Under the pieces are notes generated by a model. That model was not told the origin of the DNA, ran no database searches, and saw nothing but the letters and a program-made list of their open reading frames with translations. A stretch of DNA of 55,631 nucleotides, taken from assembly GCA_043744805.1 (NCBI GenBank), contig JAYTTZ010000239.1:1-55631 (forward strand), given 5' to 3'. Below, piece by piece: positions 8,023 to 17,520 of this stretch (position 1 is its first letter; every line of letters starts with the position of its first letter). Position numbers and translations under genes: made by a program. The DNA comes from Gammaproteobacteria bacterium. Lineage in GTDB: Bacteria > Pseudomonadota > Gammaproteobacteria > Ga0077536.

Positions 8023-10644
8023 TCAGGAATTCGCGCGCCTTGATTGCCAGCGCTCCACTGCGGACATGAGCGCGGGCAGGACGATGAGCGCGCTCGCCAG
8101 GGCATAGGCGAGCGACAGGGAAATCAGCACGCCCATGCCGGCCATGCCGGGATGCCTGGACACCGCCAGCGTGCCGAAGGACGCCACCGCCGTCATGCCA
8201 CTGAACAACACCGCGCGCGGGGTGCTGCTTTCCAGCAGCTTTACCACCCCGTCGCTGTGCTTGCGGCGAACCACGAGGTAGGCACCATAAGCGTTATTGA
8301 GGCCTATCAACAACGGCAGCGCGATGATGTTGGCGAAGTTGAGCGGGAAGTGGCTGAGCACGGAAGTTGCCACGGTAAGCAGCATGGCAAGCACCAGCGG
8401 CGCAGCCACCAACAGGGCGTCGATCCAGCCATGGAGCACCAGCGCGTGCATCACGATCGTCATCAGCAGCGCGCCCACCGAGGCCTTGAAGCAGGCATCG
8501 ATGACCACGTCACTGCCAATCACGAGTTCCACCGGCGCGCCGGTGGCCCCTTTGTCGGCACCCTGCACTTCCTTGACGAAGCGTCGCATGGCCGCGTTGT
8601 CGTTCAGGTTCTCCCGTGGGTACACCTCGATGCGCGCCCGCCCGTCCGGCGCGAGGTAACGCGCCTGCAGAATTGCCGGCAGGTCCTTGAGTTCAACCGG
8701 CGCGGCTTCCATCAAACTACTGAGGCGCTTCAGGGTCTGCGGCAGATCACCCAGCAACTGGGCGCGCAGCGCCGAGATGCGCACTGACGCCGCTTCTGGC
8801 TGCGCATCCAGCACCTTCAGTGCGGCGGCAAGACGCTTGGCGGCCGCCACCGCCCCGGCTTCGGTGAACTCGCCCAGGCGTCTGTCCAGCCGTCCGGCAA
8901 ACGCCTTGATGGCGGCAAGCTCGGTCGCGGCGGCGGGCGCCGGCTGTGGCGGCACGTCGATGACGCCGGTGAGCGAGGTGCGCATGCCATCGATGATGTC
9001 GAGTTTCTCCTGCTGGTCTGCCGGCACCAGGCTGTGCAGGGTGACCACCTTGTCCACGCTCGGCAGCTTGCCAAGCTGCGCCGCACTCGCCTCCGCCGCT
9101 TCCAGCGAGGGACTCAGGATCTGGATGGTGTAGGGCGTGGAGATGGGGTCGTTGGCCAGCGCGAGGTAAGCCTGCACGGAAGGACTGCTGCGGTCCTTGA
9201 GGTTGGCGGGATTGGGGTCGAACTCGGCGCGCGGCAGCAGCAGTGCGCTGCCCACCGCCAGCGCCCCTGCCCCGAGGAGGATGCTGCGTTCGTGGCGTCC
9301 GAGCACCCGCGCCAGCGCACCCGAACCCGGGGACTTCCGCAAGCGCACCCGCGGTGGGCGAAGCAGGGACAGCACGGCGGGCAGCAAGGTGATGTTCGCC
9401 ACCAGCGCCACGGCCATGCTGAAACTGGCAATGACACCCAGTTGCGCCAGCCCGCGATAGGCCGTCGGCACGAACGCGGAGAAGCAGAGGGCAGCGCCGA
9501 CTGCTGCCAGCAGCAACGCGCCACCCGCACCGTCGGCGGTGCGGCGGATCGCCGCTGCGCCCTGGCTGCCACCGTCGCATTCCTCCAGGTAGCGCATGGC
9601 GAACTGGATGCCGAAGTCCACGCCCATGCCGATGAACAGCACCGCGAAGCAAACCGAAATGATGTTCAGGCTGCCCACCAGGAGAGTGGCCAGCGCAGCA
9701 GTCCACACCAGCCCGGCGGCAAGCGTCACCAGCACGGCCAGCACCACGCCAGGCGAGCGCAGCCCCCAGATGAGCACCAGCGCCACCGCACCGAAGGACA
9801 GCAGCGTGGTGCTCCCTGCTTCGTCCGTCACGGTCACCAGTTCTTCGCTGTCCATGGGTGCGGGTCCGGTCACGCGGAAGCTGACGTCCGGCCAGTCTTG
9901 GTGCATACCGGCCAGCAGCGCGTGCAGCGCGTCGATGGCCGCCTGTTCCGGCTGGAAGGAGGTCGTCTCGCGCGCCGGGTTGATCAGCACGAAGGACCGT
10001 TGCGGTCCCTTGGTGCCGGGGAAGAGTTCATCTCGCCAATGGATCGCGGCGCCGCCAGGCTGCTCCAGCGCCTCGGCGATGCGCTCGAACATGCGGGTGA
10101 GCAACTGTTGCTGGCCTGCGTCGAGCGGTTGGTCCAGCGCGCGGGCCAGGGTGTCGAAGAGCCCGCGCAGGCTGGGATCGTGGGTCAGCGTGCCCAGCAA
10201 CGGCGCGGCGGCAGCAATGCGCTCGTCCACCGTCCAGAGTTCGTCGGTGGACAGGTAAAGCAGACCATTCCTGGCAAAGAACTCGCCGCCGCCCGGCTGC
10301 GACCAGGCGCTGGCGACGTCGGGATGCTCGCCAAGCCTTGCCACCAGGGCGTCGGCGGCTTCTTCCGCGAGGCCCGCATGCGCGGCTTCCGCGTAGACCA
10401 CCACGTCGCCGGGCAGGTGCGGGAAAGCAGCAGCGAGCGCAAGGTTTGCCTGCCGATGCGGCAGGCGAACGTCAATCATGTTCGTGGTGTCGGTGTCGAT
10501 GCTGATGTGGGTCGCGGTGTACCGGGCCGCGATTCCGGTCACGACGACGCCAAGCAGGAGCACGATCCACGCATGCGCGACGGACCACGCCGCGATGGCG
10601 TGGACGAAGCGTCGCGGCAGGATTTTGAGCGATTCCGGCATCAT
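8023..10644 (-). CDS. hpnN: MMPL/RND transporter, HpnN-type (hopanoid-associated family)
   Basis: ISIDTDTTNMI; FFARNGLLYLS; LFIGMGVDFGIQF; NFANIIALPLLIGL; two TM bundles with periplasmic loops. Confidence 0.75.
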   Translation of the reverse strand: MMPESLKILPRRFVHAIAAWSVAHAWIVLLLGVVVTGIAARYTATHISIDTDTTNMIDVRLPHRQANLALAAAFPHLPGDVVVYAEAAHAGLAEEAADALVARLGEHPDVASAWSQPGGGEFFARNGLLYLSTDELWTVDERIAAAAPLLGTLTHDPSLRGLFDTLARALDQPLDAGQQQLLTRMFERIAEALEQPGGAAIHWRDELFPGTKGPQRSFVLINPARETTSFQPEQAAIDALHALLAGMHQDWPDVSFRVTGPAPMDSEELVTVTDEAGSTTLLSFGAVALVLIWGLRSPGVVLAVLVTLAAGLVWTAALATLLVGSLNIISVCFAVLFIGMGVDFGIQFAMRYLEECDGGSQGAAAIRRTADGAGGALLLAAVGAALCFSAFVPTAYRGLAQLGVIASFSMAVALVANITLLPAVLSLLRPPRVRLRKSPGSGALARVLGRHERSILLGAGALAVGSALLLPRAEFDPNPANLKDRSSPSVQAYLALANDPISTPYTIQILSPSLEAAEASAAQLGKLPSVDKVVTLHSLVPADQQEKLDIIDGMRTSLTGVIDVPPQPAPAAATELAAIKAFAGRLDRRLGEFTEAGAVAAAKRLAAALKVLDAQPEAASVRISALRAQLLGDLPQTLKRLSSLMEAAPVELKDLPAILQARYLAPDGRARIEVYPRENLNDNAAMRRFVKEVQGADKGATGAPVELVIGSDVVIDACFKASVGALLMTIVMHALVLHGWIDALLVAAPLVLAMLLTVATSVLSHFPLNFANIIALPLLIGLNNAYGAYLVVRRKHSDGVVKLLESSTPRAVLFSGMTAVASFGTLAVSRHPGMAGMGVLISLSLAYALASALIVLPALMSAVERWQSRRANS

Positions 10645-11837
10645 GTGGCGCTCCTCCCCGCGTCGCCGGCAAGCCGGGGGCGGATGACGCCCTCGGCCAG
10701 CAGGGGGGCGATGACCGCCTCGTCATAACCAAGTTCGCGCGCGACCTCGGCGCCATGTTCGCTGCGCCCGGGCACGTGCCCACCGGCCTGACCCGGTTCG
10801 TTGCGGTACAGGATGGGCACGCCGAGCATCGGCATGCCGGCCTCGTCGACCACCCGCATGCCGCGTTCCACCGTTGCCGGATCGTTGAGCGCATCGTTCA
10901 GGGTGCGGAGCGGCGCGTAGCAGACGTCGATGTCGGCCAGCCAGTCCAGCCAGTGTTCGAGCGTTTCCTGCGCGAAGAAGCCATCGAGGAAGTGCCGCAG
11001 CGGCTGTTGGGCCGGGCCCGGCACTTCGCGGGTCAGCGGCAGCAGGTCGCGGCGCCCCGCCTTGTCCAGGAGATTGGCGCAGAAATGCGGTTCCATGCCG
11101 CCCAGCACCAGCGTCTTGCCGTCGCGGGTTTGATAGAGGTTGTAGAACGCCGCACCGCCCCAGTTGCGCTCCATGGGCACGTCGTGGGCGCGGTTTTCGA
11201 CGAAAGCAGGCCCTGCGTAGTTGGCGGTCCACGCCAGCAGGCAATCATGCAACGCGATGTCGAGGTAATCCCCCTGCCCTGTCTCGCGCTGGCGCAGCAG
11301 CGCCATCAGCACGCCGGAGAACGCCATCATCGAGCCCGCCATGTCGGCCGCCGGCATCCCCGGGTGGGTGGGACCGCCATCGCGGCCGCGATGGAAATCC
11401 AGCGTGCCGGCCATCGCTTCGATGGCGATATCGTGCGCGGGCTTGTCGCGATACGGACCGCTCTGGCCGAAGGCGGAGATCGAGCAGTAGACGATCTGCG
11501 GCGCGCGGGCGCGCACCGTGTCGTAATCAAGGCCGAGGCGCTGCATCACGCCGGGGCGGAATCCTTCGACCATCACGTCGGCGGTTTCCAGCAGCTTGAG
11601 CAGGAACTCCACCGCACGCGCGTCCTTGAGGTTGAGTTCGATGCTCCGCTTGCCGCGATGCGTGTTGCGGAACCACACCGTGTGCCCGCCTTGCGACAGG
11701 CCCAGTTCACGCGCCGGCTCACCGCCGGGTGGCTCGATGCGAATGACGTCCGCGCCGTGGTCGGCCATCATCATCGTGAAATGCGGACCGGGCAAAAACA
11801 TGGATAGGTCCACGACCTTGACGCCCGCAAGCTTCAT
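10641..11837 (-). CDS. CaiB/BaiF family III CoA-transferase
   Basis: KVVDLSMFLPGP; GADVIRIEPPGG; RGKRSIELNLK; ADVMVEGFRPG; HDI; ADMAGS. Stop overlaps the MMPL start (ATGA). Confidence 0.92.
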   Translation of the reverse strand: MKLAGVKVVDLSMFLPGPHFTMMMADHGADVIRIEPPGGEPARELGLSQGGHTVWFRNTHRGKRSIELNLKDARAVEFLLKLLETADVMVEGFRPGVMQRLGLDYDTVRARAPQIVYCSISAFGQSGPYRDKPAHDIAIEAMAGTLDFHRGRDGGPTHPGMPAADMAGSMMAFSGVLMALLRQRETGQGDYLDIALHDCLLAWTANYAGPAFVENRAHDVPMERNWGGAAFYNLYQTRDGKTLVLGGMEPHFCANLLDKAGRRDLLPLTREVPGPAQQPLRHFLDGFFAQETLEHWLDWLADIDVCYAPLRTLNDALNDPATVERGMRVVDEAGMPMLGVPILYRNEPGQAGGHVPGRSEHGAEVARELGYDEAVIAPLLAEGVIRPRLAGDAGRSAT

Positions 11838-11897
11838 GCGGCTGTCCTCCTGGAAAGCGAAATCAGGTCAATACCGGGGCACGGCGGCGGCGCGCCT

Positions 11898-12731
11898 TCA
11901 GGCGAGGGACCAGTCCACCCAGACCGGCGTGAGGTCCGCAGGCAGCGGCCCAGGTTGCCCGAGGCGCGCGTGATCGTTGTCGCCGCCGTGGAAATCACTG
12001 CCTGCCGAGGCGGCCAGCGCGTAGCGCCGGCAAAGGGCGGCAAGGTCGCGGGTGGTATTGGCAGATTGCCCGCCGCAGGCGACTTCAAGTGCCGTCCCAC
12101 CGGCCGCCTTGAAGTCTTCCACCAGTTCGCGGAGCCGCGAATGCGTGAAGCCGTACTTGGCCGGATGTGCGAGCACTGCAGTGCCGCCATCCGCCGTAAT
12201 CCAGTGTACGGCGTCGGCGAGTCCAGCCCAGGTCGGGTTGCCGCCGCCCGTCGCGTGATCGCCCAACCAGCGGTGGAAGGCATCGTCGATGCTGCGTGCC
12301 TTGCCTTCCGCCACGAGGTAGCGCGCGAAATGGGGTCGTCCCAGCACACCGTCCCCTGCAATGCGCCGGGCACCTTCATACGCGCCTTCGATGCCGCGCT
12401 TGTGGAGGCGCTCGCCGATAGCCTGGCCGCGTTCGTCGCGCAGCCGGCGCTGCCCGAGCACGCCATGCGCAAGCGGGCTGTCGGGCTGGTTGCGCAGGTT
12501 GAGGCCCAGCACATGCACCACCCGTCCGCGCCACTGCGCGGAGAGTTCGATGCCGATGAGGACTTCCATGTTGCTGTCGCGCACGACAGGACGCGCGGTC
12601 GGCAGGGTGTCGTGGTCGGTCACGCAGAAAAGGTCTACTCCGCACCGCGCGGCGCGGGCGCAGAGTTCATCCACCGGCAGCCAGCCATCGGAGGACGTGC
12701 TGTGGGCGTGGAGGTCGACCTTCAGCGCCAT
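11898..12731 (-). CDS. yciV: PHP domain phosphoesterase (YciV/TrpH, RNase AM-like)
   Basis: DLHAHSTSSDG; TDHDT; GIELS; GRPHFAR; LAHP; GSDFHG. Confidence 0.85.
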   Translation of the reverse strand: MALKVDLHAHSTSSDGWLPVDELCARAARCGVDLFCVTDHDTLPTARPVVRDSNMEVLIGIELSAQWRGRVVHVLGLNLRNQPDSPLAHGVLGQRRLRDERGQAIGERLHKRGIEGAYEGARRIAGDGVLGRPHFARYLVAEGKARSIDDAFHRWLGDHATGGGNPTWAGLADAVHWITADGGTAVLAHPAKYGFTHSRLRELVEDFKAAGGTALEVACGGQSANTTRDLAALCRRYALAASAGSDFHGGDNDHARLGQPGPLPADLTPVWVDWSLA

Positions 12732-12735
12732 GCGC

Positions 12736-13302
12736 TCACTGCAGGAGCACCCACGCGGCGAGCACGAGGGCGACGGCCGCCATGAAGTACCAGACCCCTA
12801 GCGTGGTCACGGTTTCCCTGGCCTCAGTCTGCACGGGCTGCGTGGAGTCGACTGCCGGCGCCTTTTCAGCGATGAGCGGCTCGAAGCGCTCGAAGAACTC
12901 CCCCGCCAGCTTCCGCGCCGTGCGGTCGATGATGGGGCCGCCCAACTGGCCAAGCTTGCCCCCCACTTCCGCCTTCACTTCGTAATTGAGCAGGGTGCCC
13001 GTGCCGTCTTCTTCCAGATGCACCCGGGCACTGACCTTGGCGTGCCCGACGGGGCCGGCCTTGCCGTCACCCACCAGGGTGTAGGACTCGGGTGGATTCA
13101 GGTCCTCGACTCGCATGTTGCCCGTGAAGCGCGCCGACAGCGGGCCAACCTTGGCGGCCACCGTAGCGACAAAAACGCCGGGTTCCGACTGTTCGAGGTT
13201 TTCACAACCCGGGATCGCCTGCTTGAGGAGTGCCGGGTCGTTCAGTGCCGCGAAGACTTTCTCGCGGCGCGCGTTGATACGGATTTGCTGTTTCAGTTCC
13301 AA
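12736..13302 (-). CDS. coxG: CoxG/SRPBCC family accessory protein with C-terminal TM anchor
   Basis: VFAALNDPALLKQAIPGCE; KVGPLSARFTG; GGKLGQLGG..IDRTA; TTG start. Confidence 0.85.
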   Translation of the reverse strand: MELKQQIRINARREKVFAALNDPALLKQAIPGCENLEQSEPGVFVATVAAKVGPLSARFTGNMRVEDLNPPESYTLVGDGKAGPVGHAKVSARVHLEEDGTGTLLNYEVKAEVGGKLGQLGGPIIDRTARKLAGEFFERFEPLIAEKAPAVDSTQPVQTEARETVTTLGVWYFMAAVALVLAAWVLLQ

Positions 13303-13327
13303 ACGTTGTTTCCCGGGCTCGTCTCGC

Positions 13328-15727
13328 TCAGGCGCGAGCAGCCGTGATTTTTGCCCACAAGGATGACGGCCTCAGCGGCAGTTCGGTGATTTCGATCCCG
13401 AACGGCGCCAGGGCGTCGACGATCGCGTTGCTGAGCGCGCCAGGCACGGAACTCGGCCGTCCTTCGCCGATGCCGCGCGTGCCGAGTGGCGTGTGCGGGC
13501 AGGGCGTGGAGGCGTAGCTGAGTTCGATGTCCGGCACGTCGGCCGCCGTTGCCATCTTGTAGTTCTCGAAGTCAGCGGTCAGCTGCTGGCCTTGCTCGTT
13601 GTAGATGAATTCCTCGAAGACCGTGTTGGACAAGCCCTGCACGATGGCGCCGTGCATCTGGCCGTCCACGATGTTCTGGTTGATCACGTTGCCCACGTCT
13701 TCCGAGGTGGCCCAGCGCTTGATCTTGAAATCGGCGGTGTTGATGTCGACTTCCACGATGCAGAAGTCCGCATTGAAGCAGATCATCGGCTTGGCCGCCT
13801 CGAAGAAGGCCGTCGCCTCGAGTCCACCTACCTCGCCTTCCGGCAGGTTGATCGGGGCCATGATGATGCGTTCGACAATCTCGCGGAAGGATTTGCGCTT
13901 GGCCGGATCCCGCAGGTAGATGACGTCACCGTTGACGAAGGCGAATTCTTCTACGGTCGCCCGCACGTCGAGATCATGGGCAAGGACGTGGGTGATTTTT
14001 TCCTTGAGATCCGCACAGGCCTTGTGCACGGCGCTCACGAAGTACGACCCCGCGCGTGCCCCGATGGTCCCGGCGCCGAAGGGCGTGGTGCCCGTGTCGC
14101 CGGTGGTGACGAGGGAATCCGACGGACTGATGCCGAACGTCGAGGCAACGACCTGCGCCACCGTAGTCTCGTGGCCCTGCCCGCCCGGCGCGTCGCCGCC
14201 AAAAATGAGCACCTTGCCGCGCGGGTCGATGCGCACCGTGGCTGCGCCGTAGCCTGGCTGGTTTTCCATCGGCACGAGGAGTTCGGAGGCCACGCCGGAG
14301 AGTTCGGCCCCGCAGGCGAAGCCGATGCCGATGTAGCGTCCCTGCTCGCGCAGCGCCGCCTGTTCGCGGCGGAAGGCCGGGAGATCGATGTGGGTCATGA
14401 GGTTGTCCCACACCTTGAGGAAGTCGCCGCTGTCGTAGTACTCGCCGGTGACGGTGGTGTAAGGCAGGCGCGGGATCATGTTCTTGCGGCGGACGTCGGA
14501 AGGTTCGAGGCCGCAACGGCGCGCGACCATGTCGACGCTGCGCTCCAGCGCGAAACGGGTGGGAAAATGGCCGAAGGCGCGCGACGGCGTGAGGCAGGCC
14601 TTGTTGGTGCTGGCCACCTTGAGTTTCACGTCACCCTTTTCCCAGGTGTAGACATTGGGCATTTCGACCTGGCCGAGGAACGGCATCACGAAGCCCCAGT
14701 ACACGCCCGTCTGGCCGGTGCCGTTGTTGGCGACGCCGCGGTTGCGCATGGCGATGAGCTTGCCGTCCTGCGTCGCCGCAACGTCCAGATCGTTCACCTG
14801 GTCGCGCTCCTGGCCCACGCTCATCAGGCTTTCGTAGCGCGATTCAATCCAGCGCACCGGCTTGCCGAGCTTGCGCGCGGCGTGGGCGATGACGATGTTC
14901 TCGCGGAAGAACGGCGCCTTCACGCCAAACCCGCCGCCCTGGTCACGCGGCGCGATGACGCGCACTTTCTCGCCGGGAATTTCGAGGATATCGATCAGCG
15001 CCAGTCGATCGATGTGTGGCCGCTGGGTGGTAATCCACGCCGTCAGGCCATCGGCCATGGACCAGTCGCACAGCACGCCGCGCGGTTCCAAGGGCGTGAC
15101 GCCGGTGCGATGGACGCGGAACCGGTTGCTCACCACCACCTCGGCGGACTGGAAGATCGCTTCGACCTCGGCCTCGTTTATCGCCTGTTCCTCCGGCGTC
15201 GCGCCGCCGGTGAAGGTCATGGAAAACATGAGGTTGCCGGGTTGGTCGTCGTGCACCTGCGGCGCGCCGGGTTCGAGTGCCGCTTCGGCGTCGATCACGA
15301 CCGGCAGTTCCTCGTAATCGACCACCACCAGTTCGGCGGCGTCTTCGGCGATGTACTTATCGCGCGCGATCACCACGGCCAGCGGATCACCGTGGTACTT
15401 CACCTTGTCGACCGCCAGGGCCCAGTACTCGGGGAAATTGGCCGGCAGGTTGGGCAGTAATACCGGCTGGAGCATGGACTTCACTTCGCGTTTGAAGTCT
15501 TCGCCCGTCAGCACCGCCATCACCCCGGGCAGTTCCAGCGCCGCGCTGGTGTCGATGCCCAGGATCCTGGCGTGGGCGTATTCGCTGCGCACGAACACCG
15601 CGTGAAGCATCCCCGGCAGCACGATGTCGCCCAGATACTTGCCCTGTCCGGTTACGAGCCGCAGGTCTTCCTTGCGCTCCATGCGTGCGCCCATCCATTC
15701 GGGAGCGTTCTTCTGTGGCGTTTCCAT
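13328..15727 (-). CDS. Xanthine dehydrogenase family Mo-cofactor large subunit (CoxL-like, not a bona fide CODH)
   Basis: RKEDLRLVTGQGKY; RSEYAHARI; GGGFGVK; GQGHETT; GQMHGAIVQGL; RGIGE. Confidence 0.88.
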   Translation of the reverse strand: METPQKNAPEWMGARMERKEDLRLVTGQGKYLGDIVLPGMLHAVFVRSEYAHARILGIDTSAALELPGVMAVLTGEDFKREVKSMLQPVLLPNLPANFPEYWALAVDKVKYHGDPLAVVIARDKYIAEDAAELVVVDYEELPVVIDAEAALEPGAPQVHDDQPGNLMFSMTFTGGATPEEQAINEAEVEAIFQSAEVVVSNRFRVHRTGVTPLEPRGVLCDWSMADGLTAWITTQRPHIDRLALIDILEIPGEKVRVIAPRDQGGGFGVKAPFFRENIVIAHAARKLGKPVRWIESRYESLMSVGQERDQVNDLDVAATQDGKLIAMRNRGVANNGTGQTGVYWGFVMPFLGQVEMPNVYTWEKGDVKLKVASTNKACLTPSRAFGHFPTRFALERSVDMVARRCGLEPSDVRRKNMIPRLPYTTVTGEYYDSGDFLKVWDNLMTHIDLPAFRREQAALREQGRYIGIGFACGAELSGVASELLVPMENQPGYGAATVRIDPRGKVLIFGGDAPGGQGHETTVAQVVASTFGISPSDSLVTTGDTGTTPFGAGTIGARAGSYFVSAVHKACADLKEKITHVLAHDLDVRATVEEFAFVNGDVIYLRDPAKRKSFREIVERIIMAPINLPEGEVGGLEATAFFEAAKPMICFNADFCIVEVDINTADFKIKRWATSEDVGNVINQNIVDGQMHGAIVQGLSNTVFEEFIYNEQGQQLTADFENYKMATAADVPDIELSYASTPCPHTPLGTRGIGEGRPSSVPGALSNAIVDALAPFGIEITELPLRPSSLWAKITAARA

Positions 15728-15736
15728 GGTGTTTCC

Positions 15737-16216
15737 TCAGCCTGCTTCTGCAGCAAGCATCCGCGCCGCCGTGCGTACCGCCCTGACGATATGGACATAG
15801 CCCGTGCAGCGGCAGAGGTTGCCGATGAGGCCCTGGCGGATGTCGTCGTCGCTGGGGTCGGGGTTGTGCTTGAGGAACTCGGTCATGTTCATGAGGATGC
15901 CCGGGGTGCAGAACCCGCACTGCAGCCCATGTTCCTCGCGGAAGGCGCGCTGCAGGGCGCTGAGTTCAGTGCCCCTGGCAAGGCCTTCTACCGTCGTGAT
16001 GTCATGGCCGTCGGCCTGGACCGCCAGCATCATGCAGCTTTTCACCGCTGCGCCGTCGAGAAGGACCGTGCAGGCCCCACACACGCCTTCGTGCGTGCAG
16101 CCGACGTGCGTGCCGGTGAGCGCCAGGCGCTCGCGCAGGAAATCCACCAGCAGCAGGCGCGCCTGGACGGTTTCCTCAAAGACTTCACCGTTGACCTTGA
16201 TGTTGACCGTCGGCAT
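15737..16216 (-). CDS. 2Fe-2S small subunit (CoxS-like)
   Basis: GTHVGCTHEGVCGACTV; KSC; QCGFCTPG; NLCRCTGY. Confidence 0.92.
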   Translation of the reverse strand: MPTVNIKVNGEVFEETVQARLLLVDFLRERLALTGTHVGCTHEGVCGACTVLLDGAAVKSCMMLAVQADGHDITTVEGLARGTELSALQRAFREEHGLQCGFCTPGILMNMTEFLKHNPDPSDDDIRQGLIGNLCRCTGYVHIVRAVRTAARMLAAEAG

Positions 16217-16220
16217 GGAC

Positions 16221-17105
16221 TTACTCCTCGTGGCCCGCGGCGCGGGCAAAGGCGCGGGCTGCCACTTCCTGGCCCAGCGTCCTGATGAGATTGCGGCGAT
16301 AGGCCACGTTGGCCCATTTGTCCGCCTGTGATTCGGCGGCTTCCGCGGCGACGTCGAAAGCCTTGGCAATCGCAGCCGCGTCCCCGGTGCCGCCGATGAG
16401 TGCAGCTTCCGCAGCCGGGGCACGCTGGGCACCGGCCGCGAGGCCCGCCAACGACACCCGCGCCGTGGTGCAGCGTCCCGCCGGGTCCAGGCTCACCGCC
16501 ACGCACACGCCGACCACGGGCAGCGCGTCCTTCACCAGTCCCCACTTCTTGTAGGCACTGCCACCGCGCCCGGCTGGCGCGTTGAAGTGCAGCGCCAGCA
16601 GGATTTCGTCGTCCGCCCGCGCCGTTTCGAGCGGGCCGATGAGGAAGTCTTCCGCCTTGACCTTGCGCGTGGCGCTGGCCGACTGCAGTTCCATTTCAGC
16701 GCCCAGCGCGAGTACCACGGCCGGCAGGCACGACGCCACGTAGTTCCAGCAGCAACTCCCGCCGATCGTGCCGCGATTGCGCACCTGGCGGTCACCGACG
16801 TGGCTCGCGGCATCGCGGAGCGCCGCGTAATGGCCCTTGAGGCGGGTGTCCCCGGCAATGGTCACGTAACGCGTCATCGCGCCCAGGGTGAGCGCGCCGC
16901 CGTCCGGCGCAATCCCGCGCAGCTCGGCAATGGCCTGGAGATCAATGAGGCAGCGCGGTCGCGCCATGCGGGATTTCATGGCCTGCATGAGGCTCTGGCC
17001 GCCGGCGATGAACATGGCATCGCCCGGTTCGTATTGGCCGAGGATGGCAAGTGCGTCCGCAAGCGTGGTGGGCCGGACGTAGTCGTCTATCGGTGCAGGA
17101 AACAT
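16221..17105 (-). CDS. FAD-binding medium subunit (CoxM-like)
   Basis: AGGQSLMQAMKSR; LIDL; IGAM-like LGAMT; QVRNRGTIGGS; AYKK. Confidence 0.9.
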   Translation of the reverse strand: MFPAPIDDYVRPTTLADALAILGQYEPGDAMFIAGGQSLMQAMKSRMARPRCLIDLQAIAELRGIAPDGGALTLGAMTRYVTIAGDTRLKGHYAALRDAASHVGDRQVRNRGTIGGSCCWNYVASCLPAVVLALGAEMELQSASATRKVKAEDFLIGPLETARADDEILLALHFNAPAGRGGSAYKKWGLVKDALPVVGVCVAVSLDPAGRCTTARVSLAGLAAGAQRAPAAEAALIGGTGDAAAIAKAFDVAAEAAESQADKWANVAYRRNLIRTLGQEVAARAFARAAGHEE

Positions 17106-17319
17106 GGCTCCCCCAAAGGACGCCAGGCTGTTCTCAAGCCAGGGCGCCCCATTGCCAGGTGTTGTTCCAGATGCTTTCAGCACCCGGGTAGTGCGGCCGC
17201 GGGGCTTGTCCCTCGTGCAGACCAACCAAGGTGCGGGGGTACCTTACCACTGACAGGCGCAGGACCCGCACCCCCTCCCGACCAAGTGCCTGGACGGCCT
17301 TTCCGGGAGAGGTCTATTT

Positions 17320-17470
17320 ATCAGACGATAATTAATTAGACAAGATTAAAGCACAAGGAAAAAAGATTAAATTCGCTTTTTATAACGAATTAAACCCAAT
17401 TTGAAAGAAAAACAGGCGCAGCCCTTGAAGGCTAATAATCGATCGATTAACTTAATTTCGAAATGTGCCA
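17320..17470. promoter_or_regulatory. AT-rich divergent promoter region with perfect 14-bp palindrome TAATCGATCGATTA (17436-17449)
   Basis: Sharp AT-rich patch in GC-rich DNA between divergent operons. The palindrome reads the same on both strands and lies ~70 bp upstream of the 17521 start. Confidence 0.6.
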
Positions 17471-17520
17471 AATCACGAGGCTGGTGGGCAACCACTGGCC
17501 TCCCGCTCAGGAGCCTTGTA

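Noticed and set aside
13328-17105. Aerobic carbon monoxide dehydrogenase (coxMSL)
   Set aside because: The AYxCSFR form I motif is absent and no coxDEF genes are present, so it is called only an XDH-family Mo enzyme.
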